Assembly (NCBI GenBank): GCA_965247115.1
Contig: CBDFGR010000003.1
Location: 1,888,001 to 1,952,000, forward strand
Length of the DNA stretch: 64,000 nt
Origin: Myxococcota bacterium
GTDB lineage: Bacteria; Myxococcota_A; UBA9160; SZUA-336
Direction of reading: 5' to 3'
The stretch's first letter is position 1. Each line of letters begins with the position of its first letter. The notes beneath the pieces are model-generated. The model had not been told where the DNA came from and did not search any database. It was given only the letters and a program-made list of their open reading frames with translations. The position numbers were made by a program, and so were the translations under genes. This document shows positions 54,017 to 62,297 of the stretch, piece by piece.

Positions 54017-55036
54017 ATGGCTGCTCCCGACTTCATCGACGAGTGCAGAATCTCGGTCCAGGCCGGAAACGGAGGCCAGGGCTGCGCGTCGTTTCGCCGC
54101 GAGAAGTTCGTGCCGCGCGGCGGACCCGACGGCGGCAACGGGGGCCGCGGCGGCTCCGTCATCCTCGAGGGCAGTGCCGGTCTCTCGACCCTGTACGACG
54201 CACGGCATCGCAAGAGCTACCGCGCCAGGAACGGGGCTCGCGGCGCAGGTGCGCGCAAGAACGGGGCGTCGGGCCCGGACGTGGTCCTGCGTCTCCCGCT
54301 CGGGACCGTGATCCGCGCGGACTCCGGAGAGCTGCTTCACGAGCTGCTCCGCAACGAGGAGCAGTTCGTAGCTGCCAGGGGAGGTCGTGGCGGACGTGGC
54401 AACGCCAGCTTTGCCAGCTCAACGAACCAGTCCCCCCACAACGCCGATCCCGGTGAGCCCGGCGAGGGCTGCTGGCTGCGACTGGAGCTCAAGCTGCTGG
54501 CAGACGTGGGCCTGCTCGGGTTCCCCAACGCGGGCAAGTCAACCCTCATCGCACGGGTATCCGCGGCGCGACCGAGGGTCGCGAGCTACCCCTTCACGAC
54601 TCTCCGACCCCAGCTCGGAGCCGTTGAGCACGGCGAGGCGCGCTTCGTGATGGCGGACATCCCCGGTCTGATTCCCGGGGCACACCTGGGTGCGGGCCTG
54701 GGCGACCGATTTCTGCGTCACGTCGAGCGAACCCGCGTGCTCGTCCACCTGCTCGACCCTGAGCCCGGCATCTCTGGCGGTTCCCCCGAGCGCAGCCCCG
54801 AGCGCGACTACGCCGCGCTCCGCGCCGAGCTCCGAGCCTACGCGGAGGAGCTCGCCGGCCGCCCCGAGATCGTGTGTGTGACCAAGGCGGACCTGGTGCC
54901 GAAGCCCGCAGACAGGAAGCGGATCGAGGCTCTCCTCGAGGCCCACTCCCTGACCCCGCACTGGCTCTCCTCGGTCACGGGCGAGGGTGTCCGGGAGCTG
55001 GTGCAACGGCTCGCAGCAGAGGTGGGCAGAGCGTGA
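54017..55036 (+). CDS. obgE: GTPase ObgE/CgtA
   Basis: FRREKFVPRGGPDGGNGG, GFPNAGKST, YPFTT, DIPG. Confidence 0.98.
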   Translation: MAAPDFIDECRISVQAGNGGQGCASFRREKFVPRGGPDGGNGGRGGSVILEGSAGLSTLYDARHRKSYRARNGARGAGARKNGASGPDVVLRLPLGTVIRADSGELLHELLRNEEQFVAARGGRGGRGNASFASSTNQSPHNADPGEPGEGCWLRLELKLLADVGLLGFPNAGKSTLIARVSAARPRVASYPFTTLRPQLGAVEHGEARFVMADIPGLIPGAHLGAGLGDRFLRHVERTRVLVHLLDPEPGISGGSPERSPERDYAALRAELRAYAEELAGRPEIVCVTKADLVPKPADRKRIEALLEAHSLTPHWLSSVTGEGVRELVQRLAAEVGRA

Positions 55037-56151
55037 AGCGGAGCGCGCTCGGCTCTGTGCGACGGATCGTGGTCAAGGTCGGCACGTCGCTCCTGACTCC
55101 GCCGGCAGCGGGCGTCGACGCACGCCGCTTCTCGGCGCTTGCGGGTGAGATCGCGGAGCTGATGGACCGAGGGCACGAGATCGTGCTCGTCGCGTCTGGA
55201 GCGGTTGGGCTGGGAGTGCGCCGGCTCGGCTCGAACAGCCGGCCCGTGTCGATTCCCGAGAAGCAGGCAGCTGCCGCGATCGGTCAGATCGACCTGTGTC
55301 GCCGCTTCGAACGCGCGTTCGCCCGCAAGAACCGGCTCGTCGGACAGCTGCTGCTCACGCACCTGGGCCTATCGCAGCGCGAGCGCTTCTTAAACGCGCG
55401 ACACACGCTCCAGGCGCTGATCCGGCAGGGTGTCGTGCCACTCATCAACGAGAACGACACGGTTGCGACCGAAGAGCTGCGCTTCGGGGACAACGACGAG
55501 CTTGCCGCTCTGGTGGTCAACAGCTGTGGCGCCGGACTGCTCATCCTCCTGACCGATACCGATGGACTGTACGACCGACCGCCCGGCGAGAGTGGGGCCC
55601 GGCGCATTGCGGAGATCGAGGAGGTCACGCCTCGCGTGCTGCGCCTTGCAAGCGGCGTGGGCTCGGAGCTTGCGCGGGGAGGCATGCGCTCCAAGCTCGA
55701 GGCTGCGCGGGCAGCGGCGCGCTTCGGCGTGCCCACGGTGATCGCAGACGGGCGGCGTCGCGACACTCTGAGCCGGATCACCCTTGGGGAGGACGTCGGG
55801 ACCCTCGTCCAGCCAGCGCCCAACCAGCTCTCGGCCCGAAAACACTGGATCGCGTTCTCGCAGAAGACCCGCGGCACGCTGCACCTCGACGCGGGAGCCG
55901 TGCGTGCATTGTGCGAGAGGGGTGGAAGCCTGCTCCCCATCGGCGTGGTCGGAGCTAGCGGCAAGTTCCGGATCGGCGACCTGGTGAGCTGTGTCGCCGA
56001 AGGCGGCAGGGAAGTCGCCCGCGGCCTGACCTCGTACGACGCGATCGAAACCGAGGTGATCAAGGGCCACCGCACGTCGCAGATAGCAAGGCTACTGGGG
56101 TACTCGAACGGCGGCGAGATCATCCACCGCGACGACCTGATCCTGCTGTGA
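55033..56151 (+). CDS. proB: Glutamate 5-kinase
   Basis: VVKVGTS, SGAV, INENDTV, FGDND, GGMRSKL, PUA domain IHRDDL. Confidence 0.97.
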   Translation: MKRSALGSVRRIVVKVGTSLLTPPAAGVDARRFSALAGEIAELMDRGHEIVLVASGAVGLGVRRLGSNSRPVSIPEKQAAAAIGQIDLCRRFERAFARKNRLVGQLLLTHLGLSQRERFLNARHTLQALIRQGVVPLINENDTVATEELRFGDNDELAALVVNSCGAGLLILLTDTDGLYDRPPGESGARRIAEIEEVTPRVLRLASGVGSELARGGMRSKLEAARAAARFGVPTVIADGRRRDTLSRITLGEDVGTLVQPAPNQLSARKHWIAFSQKTRGTLHLDAGAVRALCERGGSLLPIGVVGASGKFRIGDLVSCVAEGGREVARGLTSYDAIETEVIKGHRTSQIARLLGYSNGGEIIHRDDLILL

Positions 56152-56170
56152 GGCCTGCTAAAATGGGCCA

Positions 56171-57427
56171 ATGCAGCGCATGGATCTCGTAAGGGACCTG
56201 ACGAGCCGGGCGCGGGCCGCGGCCGATCTGGTCGCCGAGCTGCCTTCGGACGTCAAGGACGCCGCTCTGCGGCGCGCGGCCGACAGACTCGAGCGGGGAA
56301 CGGAGCTGCTGCTCGCAGAGAACGCGCGCGACCTCGAGATGGCGCGGGAGAACGGGCTCGCAGAAGCCCTGATCGATCGCCTCACGTTGACCAAAGAGCG
56401 CGTCGGCGCCATCGCCGAGGGTCTGCGCCAGGTCGCGTCCCTGCCCGATCCGGTGGGCGAGGTCACGAGCATGTGGAACCGACCGAGCGGCCTACAGGTC
56501 GGTCGCATGCGCATCCCCCTCGGGGTGATCATGGTGATCTACGAGTCGCGCCCCAATGTCACCGCCGACGTGGCCGCGCTGTGCCTCAAGAGTGGCAACG
56601 CCACGCTACTCCGCGGAGGTTCCGAGGCGATCCACTCCAACCGGGCCATCGCCGAGCTCCTGTCCGCTGCCATTGCGGAGTGCGGAGTCTCGACCGATGC
56701 GGTCCAGCTCGTACCGAAGACGGACCGCGAAATCGTCGACCTCCTGCTCGAGCAGGAAGACGAGATCGACCTGGTCATTCCCAGGGGAGGCGAGGGACTC
56801 ATTCGCAGGGTTTCGGAAAAGTCGCGCATCCCGGTGATCAAGCACTACGCCGGAGTGTGTCACGTGTATCTGGACGAATTCGCTGAGCCCAAGATGGCAC
56901 GCGACATCGCGATCAACTCGAAGTGTCAGCGCGTCGCGGTCTGCAATGCAGCGGAGACGCTTCTGGTGCACGCTTCTCTTGCAGACTCGCTCTTGCCCGG
57001 CCTGCTGGGCGAGATGCAGGGACTCGGGGTCGAGCTGCGCGGCTGCGAGCGAACGCAGCAGCTCTTCCCGGACGCACTGCCGGCCAGCGAAGAAGACTGG
57101 CGGACGGAGTACCTGGACAAGATCCTCTCTGTCCGAGTGGTCGATTCCATGGACCAGGCGATCGACCACATTCGCAGCTATGGCTCGAATCACACGGAAG
57201 CCATCGTGACCGAAGACCTCAGTCGCGCGCGCCAGTTCGTTCGCAGGGTCAACTCGAGCTCGGTGTTCGTGAACGCGAGCACACGCTTCTCGGACGGCTT
57301 TCAGCTCGGGCTCGGCGCCGAGGTCGGCGTCTCGACCACGAAGATGCACTGGTTCGGGCCGATGGGACTCGAGGGGCTCACGACGCAGAAGTTCATCGCG
57401 TTCGGTGAGGGAACCATCCTCGAGTGA
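56171..57427 (+). CDS. proA: Gamma-glutamyl phosphate reductase
   Basis: IYESRPNVT, LKSGNA, IPRGG, CNAAE, NASTRFSDG. Confidence 0.98.
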   Translation: MQRMDLVRDLTSRARAAADLVAELPSDVKDAALRRAADRLERGTELLLAENARDLEMARENGLAEALIDRLTLTKERVGAIAEGLRQVASLPDPVGEVTSMWNRPSGLQVGRMRIPLGVIMVIYESRPNVTADVAALCLKSGNATLLRGGSEAIHSNRAIAELLSAAIAECGVSTDAVQLVPKTDREIVDLLLEQEDEIDLVIPRGGEGLIRRVSEKSRIPVIKHYAGVCHVYLDEFAEPKMARDIAINSKCQRVAVCNAAETLLVHASLADSLLPGLLGEMQGLGVELRGCERTQQLFPDALPASEEDWRTEYLDKILSVRVVDSMDQAIDHIRSYGSNHTEAIVTEDLSRARQFVRRVNSSSVFVNASTRFSDGFQLGLGAEVGVSTTKMHWFGPMGLEGLTTQKFIAFGEGTILE

Positions 57428-58062
57428 GCCGGGGCGTCCTCGGCGGTACCTTCAATCCGGTCCACCTCGCGCACTTGCGTCTGGCAGAGGTGGCCAGGGA
57501 GACGCTCGGTCTCGAGCACGTCCTGTTCGTCCCCGCCGGCGAGCCGCCGCTCAAGTCGGAGGGCATCGCGCCCGCTGGCGATCGCCTCTGCATGCTGAAG
57601 CGCGCCACCGCCTCGAACCCCGCCTTTGGTGTGCTGGACCTGGAGCTCTCGAGAGCCGGTCCGAGCTACACCGTGGACACGCTTCGCGAGCTCGCCAGAG
57701 ACCCCGGCGCTGCGCCACTCTGGTTCATCCTCGGCAGCGACGCGCTGGCCGACATGGAGCGCTGGGTACAGCCCGCGACGCTCCTCACCCTCGCGAGCTT
57801 CGCCGTCGTCGAGCGGGCCGGGCTTCGGGGCTCTCCGCGAGAGCTCTTGCCCGCTTCCCTGGCCGCGAGCTTTCGAGACGGGCCGGACGGGCTGGTCCAC
57901 GAGTCGGGGACCGAGCTGCGGGTGCTCCCGTTTGCGCCGCTCCGCATCTCCGCCAGCGAGATCCGGGAGCGGGTCGCGCGCGGAGAGTCGATCCGGTACC
58001 TCGTTCCCGACCCGGTCATCGACTACATCGAGAAGCACCAGCTCTATCGGGTGACTGCTTGA
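57424..58062 (+). CDS. nadD: Nicotinate-nucleotide adenylyltransferase
   Basis: GGTFNPVHLAH, SYTVDTL, ISASEIR, YIEKHQLY. Confidence 0.96.
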   Translation: MSRGVLGGTFNPVHLAHLRLAEVARETLGLEHVLFVPAGEPPLKSEGIAPAGDRLCMLKRATASNPAFGVLDLELSRAGPSYTVDTLRELARDPGAAPLWFILGSDALADMERWVQPATLLTLASFAVVERAGLRGSPRELLPASLAASFRDGPDGLVHESGTELRVLPFAPLRISASEIRERVARGESIRYLVPDPVIDYIEKHQLYRVTA

Positions 58063-58421
58063 AGGCAAAGCAAAAGGCACTGGCCCTGGCAGAAGCTGTG
58101 GCGGACAAGAAGGGCGAGGACCTCCAGATCCTGGACCTTCGCGAGCTGTGCTCGTTCACCGATTATTTCCTCATCGCCACCGGAACGTCAGAGCGACACC
58201 TGCGGACCCTCGCCGAGGCCAGCGTCGAGACGAGCGCCAAGCTCGGGGACAAGGCGCTCGGAGTCGAAGGCCAGGAGTCGGCGCGCTGGATCCTGGTCGA
58301 CCTCGGCGACGTAATCGTTCACCTGTTTCGCGAGGACGCCCGCGAGTTCTTTGGACTGGAGCGCCTGTGGGGTGAGGCCGAGGCTGTGGAGCTACCGCGC
58401 GTCGCAGGAGCCGCGCGTTGA
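58059..58421 (+). CDS. rsfS: Ribosome silencing factor RsfS (Iojap)
   Basis: DKKGED, DYFLIATG, WILVDLGDVIVHLF..LERLW. TTG overlaps the nadD stop. Confidence 0.95.
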   Translation: MKAKQKALALAEAVADKKGEDLQILDLRELCSFTDYFLIATGTSERHLRTLAEASVETSAKLGDKALGVEGQESARWILVDLGDVIVHLFREDAREFFGLERLWGEAEAVELPRVAGAAR

Positions 58422-59956
58422 GCGGAGGGGGCCCGGTCTGCCTGGTCGTCCTCGACGGCTTCGGAGTCGGCGACGGGGGCAGAGCAGACGCCACGGCTCT
58501 CGCGGACACCCCGTTCCTGAGGCGCGCGCGCGAGCTCTACCCCTACGCCGTGCTGGATACCTCCGGGCCCGCGGTTGGCCTCCCCCCGGGCCAGATGGGC
58601 AACTCCGAAGTGGGGCACATGACACTCGGAGCCGGGCGTGTCGTCGAGCAGGACCTAGCTCTGATCCAGAAGGCCATCGCGGGCGGAGAGCTCGCCACCA
58701 ACGCGGTACTGCAGGACCTCCTTGCACGGTCCGAGCGACGCGGCGGGACGCTGCATCTATTGGGATTGATCTCCGACGGGTGCGTGCACAGCTCCCTCGA
58801 TCACCTGTACGGGATCCTGGACCTGCTCGGCTCCCGCGGGGTCCGGCCCGTCCTTCACGCCTTTACCGATGGTCGCGACACTCCACCGAGGAGCGCGCGC
58901 GACTTTGTCGAGCCGCTGGAGGCAAGGCTGCACGAGCTGGGCGGCTGCATCGCCACGGTTTCCGGACGCTACTTTGCCATGGACCGCGACCAGCGCTGGG
59001 ATCGCGTCGCGCGGGCCTATCGGGCGATCGTCTCGCGCGAAGGCCACTCGGCACCAAGCGGTGTGGATGCGATCGAGAGCGCGTACGCGCGCGGAGAGAA
59101 CGACGAGTTCATCGATCCGACCGTCGTGGAGGGCGGACCTCCGCTGGCAGACGGCGACGCATTTCTGTTCTTCAACTTCCGCGCGGATCGCGGCCGCGAA
59201 CTCACGAACGCGCTCACGCGCGCAATGCCAGCGTTGCTCGGGCGCGAAATCTCGGAGCTTCCAAAGCTCGACCTCGCCGCTGCAGCCACGCTCACGATCT
59301 ACGACCAGGCTTGGACGCTCCCCGCGCTCTTCCCACAGACGGACGTTCCACACAGTCTGGGAGAGCTCGTCGCAGACGCGGGAAAGCGCCAGCTGCGGAT
59401 CGCGGAAACCGAGAAGTACGCGCACGTGACCTATTTCTTCAGCGGTGGCCGCGAAGAGCCCTTCGCCGGGGAGGACCGCATCCTGATCCCGTCGCCTCGC
59501 GACGTACCGACCTACGATAAGAAGCCGGAGATGAGCGCCGTCCCGGTGACCGACGCGCTACTCGCTGCGCTCGGGAAGACAGCGTACGACTTCGTACTCG
59601 TGAACTACGCGAACCCGGATATGGTCGGGCACTCCGGCGTGATCGACGCCAGCGTGAAAGCCGTCGAGGTGGTCGACGCGTGTCTCGACCGACTCACGAG
59701 CGCCATCCTCGCGCGCGGCGGATCCCTGCTCATCACTGCAGACCACGGCAATGTCGAACAGCTCCTCGACCCCGAGACAGGCTCCGCGCACACGGCGCAT
59801 ACCACGAATCCCGTCCCCCTCTACTGGGTCTCCGACCGAAGCGAGCAGTGTCGGCTCGAGAGCGGCGGGCTCTCCGACGTGGCGGTCAGCCTGTGCAGCT
59901 TGCTGGGACTCGGGCGCGCTCCGGAGATGACGGGAAAGAACCTCTGCTCGGGGTGA
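58418..59956 (+). CDS. gpmI: 2,3-bisphosphoglycerate-independent phosphoglycerate mutase
   Basis: LDGFG, GQMGNSEVGH, AETEKYAHVT, NPDMVGH, TADHGN. Confidence 0.98.
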   Translation: MSGGGPVCLVVLDGFGVGDGGRADATALADTPFLRRARELYPYAVLDTSGPAVGLPPGQMGNSEVGHMTLGAGRVVEQDLALIQKAIAGGELATNAVLQDLLARSERRGGTLHLLGLISDGCVHSSLDHLYGILDLLGSRGVRPVLHAFTDGRDTPPRSARDFVEPLEARLHELGGCIATVSGRYFAMDRDQRWDRVARAYRAIVSREGHSAPSGVDAIESAYARGENDEFIDPTVVEGGPPLADGDAFLFFNFRADRGRELTNALTRAMPALLGREISELPKLDLAAAATLTIYDQAWTLPALFPQTDVPHSLGELVADAGKRQLRIAETEKYAHVTYFFSGGREEPFAGEDRILIPSPRDVPTYDKKPEMSAVPVTDALLAALGKTAYDFVLVNYANPDMVGHSGVIDASVKAVEVVDACLDRLTSAILARGGSLLITADHGNVEQLLDPETGSAHTAHTTNPVPLYWVSDRSEQCRLESGGLSDVAVSLCSLLGLGRAPEMTGKNLCSG

Positions 59957-60600
59957 GCCTGCTCGAGCTCCTGGTGCCGAGCGTCTGTCCCGCCTGCGAC
60001 CGCTCGCGGGGAGCCGGCGAGCTCCTGCTCTGCGCCGCGTGTGCGTCGCGGCTTCGCACACTTTCGGAGCTCGGCCACGTGGCGACGGCCGTCGCCTACG
60101 AGCGCACCGGCCTGATCCTCGTCCGCCGTTTCAAGTTCGAAGACCGCCGGGACGCCCTGCGCGTGCTGCTCGAGCTGCTGGTGCAACGGGTTCGAAGCCT
60201 CCCGGCGGACGGGATCGTGGCGGTGCCCAGGCATCGGCGGAGGGTGAGGGAACAGGGCAGCGATCCTGTCTGGATCCTGGCGCGAGCGCTGGCCCGGCGT
60301 ACCGGCCTTGAGCTCTTGCGCGGTGCGCTGCACCGCTCGCGGCCGACCCCTCCCCAGGCGGGCCTCGGCCCCGAGGAGCGCCGGCGAAACGTGAGCGGGA
60401 GCTTTCGGTCGCGAGGGAACTTTCGGGGCCGTCGGATCCTCCTGCTGGACGACGTGACCACGACCGGCTCGACCTTGCTGGAGGCTGCCAGAGAGCTGCG
60501 CAGCGCAGCGCGACCCAGACAAGTGATCCCCGTGGCGCTGGCGGGCACCCCGCTGCCGGAAGTAAAGGAGTTGGAAACCGAGCCCGAGTCTGCGCTATAA
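59953..60600 (+). CDS. comF: ComF family double zinc-ribbon/phosphoribosyltransferase protein
   Basis: CPAC..CAAC, RRRNVSGSF, LLDDVTTTGST. Confidence 0.9.
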   Translation: MSLLELLVPSVCPACDRSRGAGELLLCAACASRLRTLSELGHVATAVAYERTGLILVRRFKFEDRRDALRVLLELLVQRVRSLPADGIVAVPRHRRRVREQGSDPVWILARALARRTGLELLRGALHRSRPTPPQAGLGPEERRRNVSGSFRSRGNFRGRRILLLDDVTTTGSTLLEAARELRSAARPRQVIPVALAGTPLPEVKELETEPESAL

Positions 60601-60628
60601 AGCAGCCGCTCCCGAGGAGATCCCGCCG

Positions 60629-60823
60629 TTGGCAGACGCAATCAAGATCAAGGAAGCCTGTACCCTCTTCCACCAGCCGAACCTCGGAGAAGAGGTCCAG
60701 CCGATCGAGCTGGAGGCGGGAACCGAGCTCCAAGTGCTCCAGGAGTGGGATACCTTCTGGCTGGCCAAGACCGACGACGGCCGCCTGATCAACGTGAAGA
60801 AGGAGCTGGCCGAAGAGGGCTAG
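60629..60823 (+). CDS. 64-aa acidic hypothetical protein, SH3-like
   Basis: SD GAGGAG plus TTG start. LEAGTELQVLQEWDTFWLAKTDDGRLINV resembles an SH3b barrel. Confidence 0.7.
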   Translation: MADAIKIKEACTLFHQPNLGEEVQPIELEAGTELQVLQEWDTFWLAKTDDGRLINVKKELAEEG

Positions 60824-60830
60824 CTGTGGT

Positions 60831-60942
60831 CTTGTGGGACGCGGCCTGCCTTGTGGGACCCGGCGCGCGAGCGGTCGCGCGCCACCCACCTCCGCTCAGG
60901 TCTACGGCCTTCGCTGCGCGCGGCGCTTCGCCGCTTGCAGGG
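60831..60942 (+). repeat. Structured dispersed intergenic repeat, copy 4
   Basis: CTTGTGGGAC duplicated, then the core with altered but still-paired stems. Confidence 0.9.
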
Positions 60943-61037
60943 AGATCCTCGGCGTGGGGAGATCCTCGGTGGGGAGATCCTCGGTGGGGAGATCCTCGGT
61001 GGGGAGATCCTAGGGGTCGGGGAGATCCTCGGCGTGG
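60940..61037. repeat. 15-bp tandem repeat (GGGGAGATCCTCGGT) x6, imperfect
   Basis: Direct reading. Overlaps the 3' end of the PAS-HisKA-REC gene. Confidence 0.93.
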
Positions 61038-62065
61038 CCGGCTACGAGGTTGCCGAGGGTTTGTAGGAGTCTGTTGGCGTCGAGCGGCTTTTTGAAGAGT
61101 ACGCCCTGGAGACCTTGTAGGCGGCTGCGTTTGATGATGTGGTCCTTGTCGTAATAGAAGGCGGTCATCAGGACGACGTGCGTCTCGGGGCGCAGCTCCC
61201 GCGTCGCGAGTAGGAGCTCGTAGCCATCCATCTCCGGCATGACCACATCGGAGAGTACGAGGTCAAAGTGGCGCTCGCGGATGAACTCGATCGCCTCTTT
61301 TCCGTTCTCTGCGCTTTTCACCAGGGCTCCCTCCGCGGCGAGGATCTCGACGCACGACTCGCGCACGGCGGGATCGTCGTCTACGACGAGAATCGTATGC
61401 GCCGCGAGCGGGCCCGTTTGCGTTACCTCCCCCGACAGGTCGAGCATGCGCGACGCACCGAGATAGCTCGTGCTCGTGTACTCCTGCTGCTCCGACATCT
61501 GATTCAGATGTTCCAGGTGACCCTGGATGCGTGCTACCTCGTGCCGGATGCTGTCCAGCCGAGCGCGCTCCGCCGGGTCTCCCGAGCCGCGGGCGAGCAG
61601 CGAGACCTGATTCGCAATCACGGTCAACGGGTTGTTGATCTCGTGGGCCAGCCCAATCGCGACCTCCCCAAGGATTGCGAGCTGGTCCTTCCGCTGCATC
61701 TCGCGCATGTCGCGGGTAAAACCGATCGTGCCCTGCTCGGTGCCGTCAGGTCCATACAGGATCAGCCCGGAGATCGTCACGGGGATCTCCTGCTTGTCCT
61801 TCGTCACGAAGCGCGTTGGCAGGTTGATGGCGCGTCCCTTCGGACCATGATCGGAGCTCCGCATGACCCGCATGACGCGCTTGGCCTCTTCCTTGGAGGG
61901 GTAGAGCGCCACAACGTAGTGGCCAATGATCTCTTCTCGAGCGTAGCCGAGGTTCTCGCGCGCGCCGTCGTTGTAGTACTGAACGTTACCGTCGGCGTCG
62001 GTTGCCACGACGATGTCTGGCGACGCCTCGATCAGTCTTTCGAGGCTGGCCCTGTCCAGCGCCAT
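61010..62065 (-). CDS. PAS + HisKA + receiver protein lacking a HATPase domain
   Basis: PAS (SPDIVV..YNDGARENLGY), H-box AHEINNPL, REC (ILVVDDD, LSDVVMPEMDG, MTA, KP). Confidence 0.88.
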   Translation of the reverse strand: MALDRASLERLIEASPDIVVATDADGNVQYYNDGARENLGYAREEIIGHYVVALYPSKEEAKRVMRVMRSSDHGPKGRAINLPTRFVTKDKQEIPVTISGLILYGPDGTEQGTIGFTRDMREMQRKDQLAILGEVAIGLAHEINNPLTVIANQVSLLARGSGDPAERARLDSIRHEVARIQGHLEHLNQMSEQQEYTSTSYLGASRMLDLSGEVTQTGPLAAHTILVVDDDPAVRESCVEILAAEGALVKSAENGKEAIEFIRERHFDLVLSDVVMPEMDGYELLLATRELRPETHVVLMTAFYYDKDHIIKRSRLQGLQGVLFKKPLDANRLLQTLGNLVAGHAEDLPDP

Positions 62066-62104
62066 CTGGCGCCAGTCTATGCGTGCCGGCGGCGGCGCGC
62101 CACT

Positions 62105-62240
62105 GCCTTGTGGGACGTGTCCTGTGGGACCCGGCCGCGGGCGGCCGCGGCCACCCACCTCCGCTCGGGCCTACGGCCTTCGCTGCGCGCGCCGCGTTCC
62201 GCGGCGCTTGCATGGGTGCCGAGCCCCGTAGGAGGTTGCC
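62105..62240 (+). repeat. Structured dispersed intergenic repeat, copy 5
   Basis: Nearly identical to 6203-6320. An inverted AAGGACCGTCCC motif follows at about 62287-62298. Confidence 0.92.
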
Positions 62241-62297
62241 GATATAGGCGTCGCTGCCGTCGTCTCACGCGGAATAAGTTCAGATTAAGGACCGTCC

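Noticed and set aside
53392..60600. rplU-rpmA-obgE-proB-proA-nadD-rsfS cluster as unusual
   Set aside because: This is a widely conserved housekeeping gene order.
60940..61037. CRISPR array
   Set aside because: Units are contiguous 15-mers without unique spacers, and there are no cas genes.
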